Shown here: positions 1 through 13,990 of the stretch, piece after piece
Layout: every line of letters begins with the position of its first letter
Position numbering within the stretch: position 1 is the first letter of the stretch
Assembly (NCBI GenBank): GCA_026770705.1
Contig: JANJGN010000036.1
Span: 992,001-1,056,000 of the forward strand
Length of the DNA stretch: 64,000 nt
Source: Isurus oxyrinchus
Taxonomy: Eukaryota
Direction: 5' to 3'
Translations under genes and position numbers: made by a program
Notes under the pieces: model-generated
What the model saw: only the letters and a program-made list of their open reading frames with translations
Database searches by the model: none
What the model was told of the DNA's origin: nothing

Positions 1-24
1 ATTGTTTATTTTTCTCTTGCGCAG

Positions 25-3000
25 TTATTATGTCTCAGTCTATCTTGCCCCAGTGTCCACCGGTTCAGGCACTCTCTGCTGAGAGACGCGCTAAACTGAG
101 CAGCCACACGGAGAGCTCAGCAGCTGGCTCCCTCTTCTGGTACAGACAGTGGGACCGAAATGACTTGAAGCTGGTTTACACAGTGAACAAGCACATCCCA
201 TCAGAGGGATGGTTTTCCAGTGAAGTTTCTGAGAAAGCGGGTTATTATTCACTGCTCATTGCGGATACCCGGAGAGAGGATTCTGGAATGTACTACTGTG
301 CAATCCACAATTACCGTAATGTGGCACGGATATTCGGAAATGGCTCCCAGTTAGTGAATACAGGTAAATTTCATCATTATTCCATTGTATTGGATATTGC
401 TTCAGCAATTAAAAGTCATGGTTTCAGTTGCTAATGGGGTTTCTGTTTCATTTGCCAAATTTAGAGGGCTCCCCGACCATATTCCTCCTCATCCCGCCAG
501 AACATGAGATTCCTTTGATGGAAAGGGTCCCGTTGTTGTGCTTGATCAGAGTCTTGTCTCTCGATTCCATTCCCGTCTGCTGGAATGTTTCCTAGAGGGA
601 TACCGAAGGACAGACTGTTCATGGGACAATTGAGTCGGACGGGACCTATACCATCAGGAGTTACATGAGCCTCTCGGCAGAAACATGGAGCAGCGGCGCT
701 CTCTGTTCTTGCGCTGCTCAAATCAACTCCATTGAAAATATTCTCATGAAAGTGTCGCATCGCAGAGAGGTAGCTATTAAAAGTGACCGTTCACCCATCG
801 ATTTAATGCTGATTAGAGTCTTTGTCAATGTTGTAAATTAGAATTGCCTATGTTTCCGTGTGTGTCCATGGATCTTCATTTTATCATTGACCTATCATAG
901 ACCTGTCAATCTTTCAGAGTTTAGCTTTCTGGAATATTTACTCTATCTGTTCTCTCTGCCCCAGAGAGCTATCGGATGTTCAGTCACTGAGGAAGATCTT
1001 TGTACACAAAGGGAATAACGGATGTGGACAGTGCGGGAATGTAAAGTTGCTTTACAAGATTAGTTATTGTCTTACTGAATCTGCTTTGAGGGACCGAAGG
1101 TTCTCGTGCCCCTATTTATTGAGTTCCTGTGTCTAACTAGCAATATTGACATGGTTGTATTCTACCTGATAGTTTGCCAGTTTGTAAAATTGAACGGCGT
1201 GGTGACATTCCCAGTATACCTCTTTGTCTCATCATGCCTTTATACGATTATAGATTCATCTCTCTATCACTTTGTCATGTACAAAATTCCTGTCGGTCTC
1301 ACTTCAACAGTGAGGTACAAGATATTCCCTACATCTGTCTGCCTATCTGTTTATCTGTCTCTCCATCTTTCTCTCTCTGTCTTTCTGAGTCTCTCTTTCT
1401 CTTCTCTCTCTCTCTTTCTCTATACATCAATCTATTGCTACCCAAGAACAGTTTTATATATTTGCCCCATCTGTCTGTCTTTCTGACTCTCTGTCTCTCC
1501 TTCTCTCTCTGACTTCCTCCCTCTCTCCTGCCACTCTCTTTCTCTGTCTCTCTCTGCCACTCTCTTTCTGTTAGTCTGTCACTTTGTATCTGCCTCATTC
1601 TCTGTCTCTTTTGATTTATTTATTGATCTCTGTATATATCTACCTTTCTCTCTCTCTGATTAACTTATCCTTTTCTACGGTAGTTAAATGTTGCTGTATA
1701 AGACACCAATTCCATTTATCTACCTACTTATCTCTCTCTCGCTCTCTCCATAACTCTCTTTCACTCTCTCTTTCTCTGTCTCCCTCTTCCTCGCAGCCTC
1801 TTTCTCTTGCTCCCTGCCTCTCTCTGTCTCTATATCTCGTTGTCTCTTGCCATCCTATTCTCTCTCATTTAAACAGTTCTGTATAAGCTGTCAGTTCTTT
1901 CTATTACAGTAGCTTCATCTCACTCTCTCTCTCCCTCTATCTGTCTACCCAGCTCTCTATTTGCTCTTTCTGTACTCCAGACCCCTCTATTTCAATCCAG
2001 TTTGAACAATGTGCTCTCTCTCCTTCTTTGTCTGCCTCTTTCTTTCTTCGATTATTTATCTCTTCACTTAACGATTTCTCTATGTCTTTCATTTATGGTT
2101 AATCTGTTTGGTATATTATACCTGTTATCTAGATCACCTCCCTCTATCTTACTAGTTATGCAGTGTTTGAACAATGTTCTCTGCCATCTCATGCTTTCCA
2201 TCTCTCCATCTCTCTCTCACTCTATTTCTCCTTCTTCTTTGTTTCTATTTCTACTTGTGCCCCGTTTCAACATTTCTCTGTAAGATCTCTGCTCTATTTT
2301 AGGTTCATGAAGCATGCAAAAAAAAAGTCTATATCTGTTTTCGGGTGAAATAAAATATTTAAATGGGCAATATTTCTCTTATTCAATTAATTCCACAATA
2401 ATTTTTAAATGGAATTTTCTGTATTTTGGCATATTCTCTGCTCCCGACCAACTGCAATTTCCCATTTTCCGGGATTTTTTCGGCGGTGGCGCTTCTCCTT
2501 CTGGGGATGATCCTTGTGACCGGGAGAAGCAGCTGCAGGAACCGGCAGACAGGTAGCCATTGTTGGAGACGCTGTAATTCCGCGGTGCTCTCAATTCATC
2601 TATTTATCAATAGGTTATTGACACTTTCAGCCGGTTCACTGTGAAATGTAGCCTTTTATGCTCAGTTCAAGTATTACTTTCTAACAGGAAGCATGAACAT
2701 TGATGAGGAAATGACGGATTCCAGCGAGCAACGAAGGAATGAAGAGGTAAAATACTAGAAATTTTTGTTGCCACTGCGTTTGAATGCTTTTCACCCGTTT
2801 TTAATCCAAAGATTACGTTTCATAGCTATTGTTATATAAGTCTGGAAAATTATGCGTAGTGAGCACAACAGGGTACCAGAAACGAGTGTTCAGTTCCTCG
2901 AGTGCAAAAGATTAAGGGGTGATCTAACCGAGGGCTTTAAGATGTTTAAAGGATACGATAGCGTCAATGGAGAGAAACTATTTCCCATGGGGTGGGGGGG

Positions 3001-3429
3001 GAGGGGGGGGGGGGGGGGGGCGGGGGGGTGGGCTGGGCGGGTGGAATCCAGAATAAGAGGCAGAGCGTTGACATTAGAACAGCTCGTTTCGGGCTGATAT
3101 CAGGAAGCGCTTCTACGCTCAAAAGCGAGTTGAAATCTGGAACTCTCTGCCTGGAGAAGCTGTTGAGGCTGCCGGATCAATTGGAAATGTCAAAACTGAG
3201 ATTGGTTGATTGTTGTTGCGTAAGGATCTTAAGGATTATGGTACCAGGTTGTGTACATGGGAGTTATGATACAGATCTTCCATGATGTAATTGAACAGAC
3301 TGGAAGGGCTGAATGACCTCCTCCTATCCTTATGATGGTGGTGTTTGTTGTATTAAGAGTTTATGTCTTTATTTTCCCCCACAGACACTTTATGCCCACT
3401 TGACCTTCAGGGAGGATTCCACACTCTGA
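25..3429 (+). pseudogene. Type-A VJ-C1-TM Ig-superfamily receptor, copy A1 (disabled; leader lies outside window)
   Basis: Exons: VJ 25-363 (WYRQ...DSGMYYC...FGNGSQLV), C1 465-769, TM 2433-2552, cyt1 2688-2746, last 3385-3429 (TLYAHLTFREDSTL*). Lesions relative to A3: V B-strand Cys->Ser (KLSSH), in-frame TAG at 593-595, 1-nt deletion at the C exon end, TM acceptor AG->AT at 2431-2432. Confidence 0.88.
1330..2290. repeat. CT-rich polypyrimidine low-complexity tract in the C1-TM intron of A1
   Basis: Degenerate (CT)n/(TCTG)n sequence; homologous tracts lie in the same intron of A2 and A3. Confidence 0.85.
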
Positions 3430-6400
3430 TTGGAGAAGAAAGGTGGAGAGAGCTCACAGTCTGCTTCCTGATTATGACGTGTTATAGAAAGTTTCCCATG
3501 TTGAACATCCAAAAACCGTGCTGGCGCACTTCAGGTGCATTCTCGTCGCATTTTTGTGATTTTACCCAAAGCGGAAACTGAATTATTCAATAATGTGCAC
3601 TATTCTAACGAATTAATATCACTTTCAGTTTCACTCCAGCATCTTCAGATTCTGTTATCTGGTGTTAGTGCTTTTATTGCATTCTGCATCTTTATTCACT
3701 TTTTCAGCAAGATATTATTCAACAGGCTTTACAATGCATCTAAACTCCAGTTCCTATATAGTGAAACAGATTTGAAAACCGATGACAGCTCTGTTAGTCT
3801 TTTTTTTTTTGTTCACTCAGACCAGATGACCTCAGGTTAACTCTGAGTCTAATTTACAAAGGCATTTATAGAGCGAATGTAAGCAGGATAGAAGTAGGGT
3901 TAAGGACCGACAGGCACTGAATGGGGATTTAAGCTGCATTGATATGAAAGCTTCAGTGTTAGTGGACCTTCACCTGTTGTGCTGTGGGAGGGAACAGTGT
4001 TACATTTACTCTTGAAAGAAGTTTATTGACAAACTATCCCCTCTTTTGAAAATATATTTGAATGGATTATACCGCAAAAACCTCTGGTTGGAAGACACTT
4101 AAAGAACAAGAGGATGCCATTCAGCCCGTCACGCCTGTACCAGCTCTTTAAATGTTCACTTTCACCTCACACCCCAGCTATGTTCTCATGACCCTATAAA
4201 TTAGTCCTCTTGTAGCACACCACCCATTTAATGTTGCCATTTAACCTGCTTACAACACATCTAATTGGCTGTGGTTGAAAGCAGCTTGCAGGCAATGTTA
4301 ATAATTCGAAATCAAACACAATTTGCTGCACGCATTGGAAGGTCAGTCAAACGCGTGAGTAAATTTAAGGTGATGTTTCCCTGAGATGATGTAATCTATT
4401 TGCATGTCATCTTTCATTTAATCAATTTTAAAATGCTAGTCAGCAAACCATTGGTGTGCTGATTACTGGGCATTTTGTTGATGATTAAACTCTGATCTGC
4501 AGGACGTCTAACAATTCCTGTTCGTAGCTGATAGAAATTAACACTGGATTAATCTGTGGTCAACACATATTATGCACTAATATTTCGGGAGTTTTTCGAG
4601 ACACTTATTAGAAGATGCAGATGGAAAACCTCATTCTGCTAAACACAGTTTTACCACCATCAAGTTTCTGTCTTCGCTAACCTGCAGGGCAACATCTGTT
4701 TCTTAAAAAAAGAAAAAAACAAGGGATTCACAAACGCCTCCCTATTGCTCTCACCCAGAAAACCATTCTCAGATCTGATTACTCTGCGTGTCAGCGACCT
4801 CCAGATATCAGTCCTCTTAACAGCTTGACCTATTAATCTTGCAGGCCCATTGGAACCAGTCAGTTTCTCTGGTTGGATTTGGCATTATATCTGATCATAG
4901 CTGATGTTGGAACTTGAGAGAGATTAATCACGTTATATGTGAGTTTTGGGTCTGTAAAGTCAAAGATATACGTTTATCTTTTAGTTTAATTAATATTATT
5001 TTCTATTTATCGATTAAAAGATTGAACCTGGAACCTAGATTCATTTTTGAGCAGAGGTCACAGGCCTAAAGCTCCTTGTATGCTTGCAATTCTTATGTAT
5101 TTTATGACTCTTGAAGAGAAGGTAAAACAAAAATAAGAGTAGAAAAATCGGTGCAGTTGCTGAGTAAGGAGGGTCCAGGGAGTGAGGCTCCCTCACACAC
5201 ACATACACATGCACACATGCACAGAAGTACACATACAGACAGACAAACACACAAACACAGATTGAGAGAAGGAGAGAGGGAAAGACAGAGAAAGCAACAG
5301 CTTGAGTTCTTTTGAAAGCATCTGTCAGAGAGAGACTGGAGAGCAGAGGGACCGAGAGCAACTCCCAAACTGAGGTTGAATCCAAGACTCTAGATAAGCA
5401 GTCTACTGGGAGAAGGGTGTACAGAGAGCAGATTTCCAAAAAAATAACCGATTGTCCCAAAAGGAATAATCTCCCAAGAAGATGTTCTAGTCTAATGAAG
5501 CACAGGGAAGTGAAAAAAGGTGCTGCAAAGTGAAATTAAGATCGGGGAGCTGAAGAAGACTTCAAACTTCGAGCTGAAAGGGAGAAATGTGCAGGAAGCA
5601 GATTTAATGCGGGATAGGCTTGAGAGGAACAGAAAGGTCCAAGGCGACAGCTGATGGTCTGTAACTCTTACTATGTGCATGTGAATCAGTGGCACAGTGA
5701 GTCAGTGAATGAGAGTGTGTGAAAGAAATCTTGAATATACATGGTGATCCTGGGGAGAGGAACATTGGAAGGTGAGTCGAAAGTCTGGAGGTGGACCCGT
5801 TTGGAAGGCATTTGAAAGAAAGCGTCGGTCCGATTTCAAAGAGAGTTCCTGGAGAGTTGAGATTGGAAACCCACTTTTGAAAGATGGAAATCAGTGAAAC
5901 GGGTTGTCTCACGGTTTGAATAGCATATTGTGTGGCCGTGGCGGGTGGTGGGGGGTCGGGTTGGGCTATATGGTTGCCAGGAGCGAGGGTGGCTTGACAG
6001 TGGGAACTGATGAGGAATAGATAGCACATCTTCGGGGTGTGGGGCGGGCGGTGTTTGGAATTGAGTGGATACTTGCAAATGCTCATTTTACCACGCAAAG
6101 CTACCTGGGGATTCACAGGAAGGAAGCTCTGTTCACGCTGTTTCTAAACCTCATTTCCTCACTTGTACAAAAGGGCAGCTGCCAGTGAGCGAGAAAAAAA
6201 AATCAGGCACCTGCTCTGCTGCCACCAGAGAAGGTGGTTGATGAATGGAATGAACCACTTCACTTCCAAGTTTGAGTATTCTTAAAGTGAACCATTAAAC
6301 TGATCTGACAATATTTGACAGGAAATAGTCAATGAGTCCTTCAGAGACCAAATTAAACTGGCTTGAAATATATAATAACGGATTCAAATACTTTAATGAA

Positions 6401-7639
6401 GGAGTGAGGATATTTGCCGATTATCACACTCTGGCACTGTAACTGTTATGATTTATCCTTCAAAATAAATCACAGAGAAAATCTTATAAATGTGTTGCCC
6501 AGAAGGCTGCCTTAAGTTTTAGTCGTGGGTTATTCTGCAAGTGAATTTGATTTACTGATCTTGCACCCATGTTGAATTCGTGGATGATTCAGGATTTCAC
6601 AAAATGTTGGCTAATGGACACCAGGTTGGAAGGTTTGTGTCAAGTCACGAATTTCCTGCCCAAGGTTTCGAATCTAAAACTATCAGGAAGGATTGAACAA
6701 GCCGTGGCTCTTTCCTGTAGAAAAGTCGAAGCTGAGGGGGTGACCACACAGAGGCCTTTAAAATAATGAACATATTCGATGCAGCAGCCATGAAGAAGAT
6801 ATTCGCACTCATGGGAGTGATACCAGAACTAGGGACGATCAAGATAAGACAGTCACCAGTAAATCCAATTTGGAATGGCGGACGGACCTTTTAATTCAAA
6901 CAGTGTGGAGAATGTAGAACTCGCCCCCACAGAGAGTGATCAAGGTGAATCACAGAGTTGGATTGAAGGGTGAATGAGGAAAAACACACGAGCGAGAAAG
7001 GAATTGAAGATTGGGTTTATGGGGTGAACTGAAAATGGAGTGGGAGGAGCGTAGTGTGAAGCAGAAACAACGGCATGGAGCATAGGTCCATACTTCGCTG
7101 ATCCGCAGGAGTAATTCTGACATGAAGAGACAGGCGGGAAGACAGACTCTGGGTAAAACAATTACTAAATTATTCACGTCATACTCTAGTCTTCTTCCAT
7201 CTGGTGTGTTTCTGTTGAAAACAGAATAAACTAATGTTGTCTCTGTGAATTAAATAGGTCCCTCGGAATGAGGACCACTTCCCCTCTGCCCACGCGAATT
7301 TCATGAGCAGTGCTGTTGTTGAATTCAGCACCACTGCCTTTTGTCTCCACTTTGCACCTGCCTGGACTGCGCACCGCCAGTGACGTGTGTTTTCCACAAC
7401 ATGAAGCATGTTGCCTTTTGCAGGCAGAGTAGTGTGAGGTCTCCTAACCTGTAAACAGGAAACCCACAGCTAAAATTTGCACCATGCTGATTTTTCCAGT
7501 GGGCTACTTTTAACCATTGCATGTAATATCCACAAAATGTGCATTTTCAGCACGTCTTCCGAGCCTGGGGCCGAGAACAGAGACACCCGAGAAATGGGAT
7601 GGTGAAAAGCTCACAGAAACAGGCCCGGAGTTGGAGACC

Positions 7640-10096
7640 GAGAGCTTCTTAATGCCCTGTACATTGCTGCATCTATTCCCAGGTTTGTGCCTTATTCACT
7701 CCATATTCAGGATGGCTTAAGGCTGCTGAGATAGTCAGCCAAGAGGAAAATTATCCCCATACCTAGATTGTAGTATATTTCTTTCAAATGAATGAACTGA
7801 ATCGTGTCCACCTGATCGAAGTCGATGAGGTATGAACATTTGACAACCTATCAGATGAGATGTTAAACTCAGACCCTCAGTCTGTCCCTTTGGGGTTGCA
7901 TAGGGTCCCAGGGTCAATATGTGCAGAGAATCTAAGAGGTGAGTGGAGTTAGGCGGCAGAGTTCCCCCCTTTGTCCCTCGGCCAATATTTATCCCTCAAG
8001 CAACATCACTGAAAACGTGATGTGGGCCATAATGACATTGTTATTTGTGGGTTTTGCTGTGTGCAGCTACAGCTGCCATGTTTCCTCCATGACAACAGAG
8101 ACTAACTTCAAATAAAAATACTTCATTGTCCCTGAAGCACGTCCTTCCCTCTTGCTGCTGTTATTGTTTCAATTTAACACTCAACTTTTGACCCCGTGCG
8201 CATTTATGAATGAGTGGCCTATTCTACATTTAACGGTTGTAGCTGATTCTTCATTGGAAACATTTTCTCTCTCCCTGCCATGGCTGAACCCATAGTGTTG
8301 ATTTTCCATCTGTCAGTTACGGCGTCTCAGGCAGCTTTGTCCCAGGCTCCAGCGGTTCAGATTCTGTCGCTTGGAAGTAGCTACAATGTGCACTGTAACA
8401 CGGCTTGAGTGGTAGGGGTCTGGCGGTGAGGGTGGGGCGCGGGGATTGGTGGGGTGTGGTGTGGGCATTTGTGGGGCCTGTCCTCCTGTGTAAACGGAGC
8501 CAACAGGTGCATCTGCACCAGGTCTTGCACCGTGAAAAAAATCGATCCCTTCAATGGAGAGATTTTCGGAAGAAGTTAATGACAAATTGACTCTCTATTC
8601 TCGGATCATTGCGGATTTGCAGGCCAGTGGTTCGGACATGTATCACTGTGCAACTAAGGAGTTTAGTAGGATGCTGTTTGCGTTTGGAAATAGTTTCAAA
8701 TTGCTCATCGGGGTAAAGATTTCGAGAAGTTTACCCATTGTATCATCAATAATCAGAGTTATGGCCAATAGTGATCGAATCTTAATGCCCCACCCAGTTG
8801 CGTTCTCCAATAATCGACCTCCTAAATCATCCACCAGCTGAAATTCCTACCATGGGAAGGGACTCTTTGGTATGGTTGGTGATGGGCCTGCACCCTGATC
8901 CCTTTGTCGTCCGCTGGAATTTTTTCGGGTGCGATCCCAAAAGGCAGAGCGATTCCAGGGCAATCGAGACTGGACCGTACCTCCAGCATCAGGAGTTACA
9001 TAATTCTCTGGGCAGAAACAAGAGTGCCCTCTGTACCTGTCAGTTCAAAAAACTCCAGTGAAAATCTTCCAACTGAAAGTGCCTCATCTCAGAGAGGTAG
9101 CTATTAACTGCTACCTTATGTATTTAATATGCGGCCAATTTGTTAGCAATATCTCTTTCTTATTAAAACTCCCTCTTTCTATGTGCCCATCTAACATTTC
9201 CTGACCCCTAACCCCGCTCCCATATAGCTCATCATTTCAATGCCTAGCTTTGTGAATTTTTAAGTGTATCTGTCTCATTGGTCAAGAAGCGTATTGAGCG
9301 AGATAATCTATTTTGACACGTGAATGAATAAATAAAATCCCAAATTTTTGTTTACCAATTTCTCTCTCGATTCCCCTATGTCAATATACATATTCCAAAG
9401 AGCTTGCAGCATGGAAGCAGGGCATTCGGCCCTTGGACTCTGTGTTGATGTTTTTGCTCCACACGAACCTCCCTCCACCTCTCATCATCTCACCCCATCA
9501 AGATATCATCATGTTCCCTTATTCATTATGTGTTTACCCAGCTAAATGTCTCAGCTATTGAATTCCCATTATTTCAATGTGGCTATTTCGACTCAGTTTA
9601 AATTTCACTTTCTAACAGGCAACATGAAAAATAATGTGGAACTGACGGATTGCAGAGCAAGGACACAAGTAAAGATGGTAACTATGAATTGAATTGTTTC
9701 CTAGTATGAGTAGATACATTTCAATGAATTTTAATCAAACTTCTAACATTTGTAGTTTCTTTCATATGCATGCAGGGCATTTTGCATAGTGCTTACTGTT
9801 AGAAAACACTGTTTACATGTCCTGTGGAAAGCGATGATAGATGAACAGTATAGGCAGGAATTCAATTGATAATTGTTATTGGCCATTATATGTTGAGTTA
9901 AGGGGATTTAATGTTGTAGAAGGAAGGCGAAGGGATGGGGTAAGGTACAGAACAAAAATGTTCTTATTGAAAGGCAGAACAGGCTCGAAGGGCTGAATGG
10001 CCTCCTGATGATGGTGTTGCTCACGATAATTATTTGTGTTTCGTCTTGCAGACTATATATGCTCAGCTGGCTTTCAATGCGGATCCCACTCTATGA
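7640..10096 (+). pseudogene. Type-C (A-related) VJ-C1 receptor pseudogene, copy C1
   Basis: 43-nt leader-like exon 7640-7682 (ESFLMPCTLLHLFP; GAG at the ATG position), V exon 8317-8712 with an early stop, a G-rich insert and DMYHCA...FGNSFKLLI, frameshifted C1 remnant ~8800-9096, cyt1 9619-9677, last exon 10052-10096 (TIYAQLAFNADPTL*). No TM exon recognisable. Confidence 0.82.
7840..8140 (+). mobile_element. SacSINE1/DeuSINE-like SINE fragment
   Basis: Contains ggccaatatttatccctcaagcaacatcact...ttatttgtgggttttgctgtg...tacttcattg, which I recognise as the shark Deu-domain SINE body (from memory, not searched). Confidence 0.65.
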
Positions 10097-10986
10097 TTGC
10101 GAACGATATTGAGAGCTCATCTTCCGCTTCCGGACTATGACACGTGGTGGAATGATTTCTCTGTCGTGTCTTTATTGGAGGAAAGCCTGGAGGCGTGACC
10201 CTTTCCAAGACATAGCCACCTGAATTCCAGTTCCTTGCTGAATGTGTATTTATCAGTAATGGCGAGCAATACAGTCCGCCGGTTCGAGGCATACTGGAGA
10301 GTCTTCAAGGCTGACAGAACAGTATCCATTTCAAGTTCCATTTGTCAGCCGGAAATTTTGAAATTCTGTTCAGTCTTGATATGTTTCTACTTTCTTGTAG
10401 TAGTGCTTTTAACATCGTTGTGCATCTCTGTGTATCGCTTGAGCAGGAAAGAGAGAGTCAGTGTCCAAGTTTCCAATCAATTAGACACGTTTTGTAAACC
10501 AAGGAATGCATTTAGAAATTGAGGCTCTTTGATCCCTTAGTGCAGATGTGCTTAGTGAATCTGCAATGGCAGGTGACAGGACAGCTTTATAGATCAGATG
10601 TGTGCGTTTTAGAGCTATGGCCTATTCAGCAAGAATGAGACCAGAACTGAGAGGTTTTGACGTCAGGGGAGATTGAACAGGCTGGGCCGCACTTCTTCAC
10701 AAAACAGAAAACTCAGGTGGAGCTGATGAAGATACATAAAATTATAAAACGATTCGATGTGTGTGGAAGTAGAAAGAATGTTTCCACTTGCAGGTAAAGC
10801 TGAAATAAAGGCCATGAAAATAGGACATTCATTAATAATTCCAATGGGGAATTCGGTGTTAATTACTTTTCCAGGAGAAAGGGGAGAAATCATAGGGAGT
10901 GCTTGCGGTGAAGAGCTTAAATGTATTTAAGGGTGAAGCTAAATAAACACATGACCAATATAGGAATCGGAGGACATGTTATAAAC

Positions 10987-13900
10987 TCATAGAGTCATAG
11001 AGGTCTACAGCACAGAAAAAGGCCCGTCGACCCATCGATTCTGCGCTGGTCAATCAAGTACCTAACCATTCTAATCCCATTTTTCATCACTAGGCCAATT
11101 GCTGTGAATCCCCTGACAGCGCAACTGCATATCCAAATACTTCTTAAATGTTCTGAGGGTTTCTGCCTCTACCACCCTTTAAAGCAGTGAGTTCCAGATT
11201 TCCACCATCCTCTTTGTGAACACATTCTTCCTCAAGTCCCCTCTAAACCTCATGCTCCTTAACTTAAATCTGTGCCACCTTGTTATTGATCCATCCACCA
11301 AGGGGAAAAGCTCCTTCCTGCCTACCCTATCTATGCCCCGCATAATTTTATACATGTCAATTATGTCCCCCCTCAATCTTCTCTGCTGCAGGGTACATGA
11401 CCCCACTCTATCCAATCTCTCCTCATAAGTAAAACTCTCCAGCCCTGGCAACATCCTGGTAAGTCTCCTCTGCACTCTCTCTCGTGTAATCATATCCTTC
11501 CTATAATGTGGATTCCTGAACTGCACGCAATTCTCTAGCCATGGCCAAGCCAGCGTTTTATTTAGTTCCAGCATTACCTCCCTGTTCTTATATTCTATGC
11601 CTAGGCCAAGAAAAGCAAATATCCTATCTGCCTTCTTAACCACCTCATCTACATGTCCCGCCACCTTCAGGGACCAGTGGACATGCTCTCCACCGTCCTT
11701 CTCATCCTCGGTACTTCCAAGGGTCCTACCATTCATCATGTATACTTGTGCCTTGCTTGTCCTGCCAAAGTGCATCACCTCACACTCATCTGGATTAAAT
11801 TCTATTTGCCACTGATCAGCCCGTCTGACCATCCCGTGTATGTCCTCCTGTAAGTGAAGGCTATTCTCCTCACTATTTAGCACCCCACCAATTTCCGTGT
11901 CATCTGCGAACTTATTGATCAATGCTCCTACATTCAAATCTAAATCCTTCATATATCCACAGACAGCAAGGGGTCCATCACATATCCCTTTGGAGCCGCA
12001 TTGGATACAGGCATCCAGTCACAAAAAACGCCCCTTGACCATCACCATCTGCCAATTCTGGAACAATTTTACAAATTGTATAGGATCCCATGGGCTCTTA
12101 ACTCCATTTCCAGTCTCCCATGCGGGACCTTATCAAAAGCCGTGCTGAAGTACAAGTAAACTACTTCAAATGAAGTGCCCTTATCTGCACCCTTGCTCAA
12201 ATCCTCGAAAAATTCAATCAAATTGATCAGACATGGGCTCCACTTCAGGAAACCATATTGTCTATTATTAATTAATCCCCGCTTCTCCAAATTTTGATTA
12301 AATCTGTCCCTCAGAGTTGCTTCTAATAGCTTGTCCATCACTTAGGTTAGACTGACTGGCCTGTAGTTCCCTAATTTACCTCTTCCTCCCTTCTTGAATA
12401 CCGGTACCACACTGGCTGTCCTCCAGGCCTTTGGCATCTCTCCTGCGGCCTGAGAGGTATTAAAAATTATTGCCAGCGCCCCTGCTAGCTCCTTCCTTGC
12501 ATCACTCGACAGCCTGGGGTATATTTCATTCGGGCCTAGAGACTTATCTGCTTTTAAGTCTGCTCGGCCACTTAGAACCTCCTCCCTTTCTATGCTACTT
12601 TCTTTCATTGTATCACAGTCCTTCTGCCTGATTTCCATACATACGTCTTCCCTCTCACTTGTGAATACTGAAACAAACTATGCATTTATGGGCCTAGCTA
12701 TGTCTTCTGGCTCCACACACAAATTAGCCCTATGGTCCTTAAAGGGCCCTGCTCTTTCCCTAGTTATCCTCTTACGTTTAATGTACATGTAAAATAACTT
12801 TGGATTTCACTTTATTTTACCTGAGAATGTTTGTTCAAGCCCCCTCTTTGGTCTTCTAATTTCCTTGTTTTTGTTCTTCCCTACATATGTTATAGACCTC
12901 TAGGGCTTCCGCTGTTTTGGTGTCTGCTATACACTTGTCCCTTTTCTCTTTACCCAATCCTCTATATCCATCAACATTCAGGATTCCTTGGATTAGCTGG
13001 TCCCACCCTTTGTCTTTACTGGAATATGTTGGCCCTACACTATCCCTATTTCCATCTTGAATGAGTCCCACTGCTCTGACGCAAATTTACCTAAAATTAG
13101 CTACTCCCAGTCCACTCTGTTCAAATCATATCTGATCTTATTTAAATCGGCCTCCCCCCAGTTTAGAAATCTGATTTCTGTTCCGTCTTTGTCCTTTTCC
13201 AGAACAACTTCGAATCGAATGGAGTTATGATTACAATCAGAAAAATGCTCCCCCACTGATAAAGCTCCAATGTGCTTCTTTTCATTCCCTAAATATAAGT
13301 GCAGGAACTCCCTGTCTCTTGTAAGGCCTTCTATGTACTGCCTTAGAAATTTCTCTGGCATGCATTTAAAGAATTCTGTTCCCTCTAAACCTATCACATT
13401 ATGACTAACCCAGTTAACGTTGGGGAAGATTAAATCCCCCACTATTACTAGTCTATTATTTTTACACTTGTGTGAGATCTGCCACCTATCTGCTCTTTTA
13501 TTTCTCTCTGCCGGTTTTGGGGGGCAATAGGACACTCCCAGCAATGTGATTGCTCCTTTTTTGTTTATTTGAGTTCCACACTCATGGGATCATTTGAGGA
13601 GCCGTCTAAGTTATCATCCCTCCTTACTGCTATAATTGATACCTTGATTAACGTTGCAATGCCCCCTCCTCTTTTCCCTCCTTCCCTTTCTCGCCTGAAG
13701 ACGTTATATCCTGGAATGCTGAGCTACCAAATCCTGTCACTTTACCTTGCATGTCTCTGTCACAGCAATGGCATCATACTTCCATGTTTTAATTTCTGCC
13801 CTGAACTGATCTGCCTTATTCGTCAGACTGCTTGCATTGAAATCACTACCATCCAACCCTGCCAAACACCCCTGTGCATTTTCTGGCATATAATTCCTAT

Positions 13901-13990
13901 GCCTTCCAGACTCACTTGTTCTCTCTTCTATTTTTGGCTGTGAATTTCCCCCTGCTGACCTTCCTCTCAGGTCCCATTCCCCCGCCAAGT
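10987..13990 (-). mobile_element. CR1-clade LINE (HER1-like), degraded ORF2 (endonuclease + RT)
   Basis: Minus-strand fragments: endonuclease (VIVGDLIFPNVNW), WRTASVVPVFKKG...GNYRPVSLT, FDKVPHGRL, KFADDT...RRLRGDII...WNSL. The 3' (ctatgact)-type tail is at ~10990. Many stops and frameshifts. Confidence 0.93.

Noticed and set aside
11179-11952. 257-aa ORF as a host gene
   Set aside because: It is the RT C-terminus of a degraded CR1 LINE.
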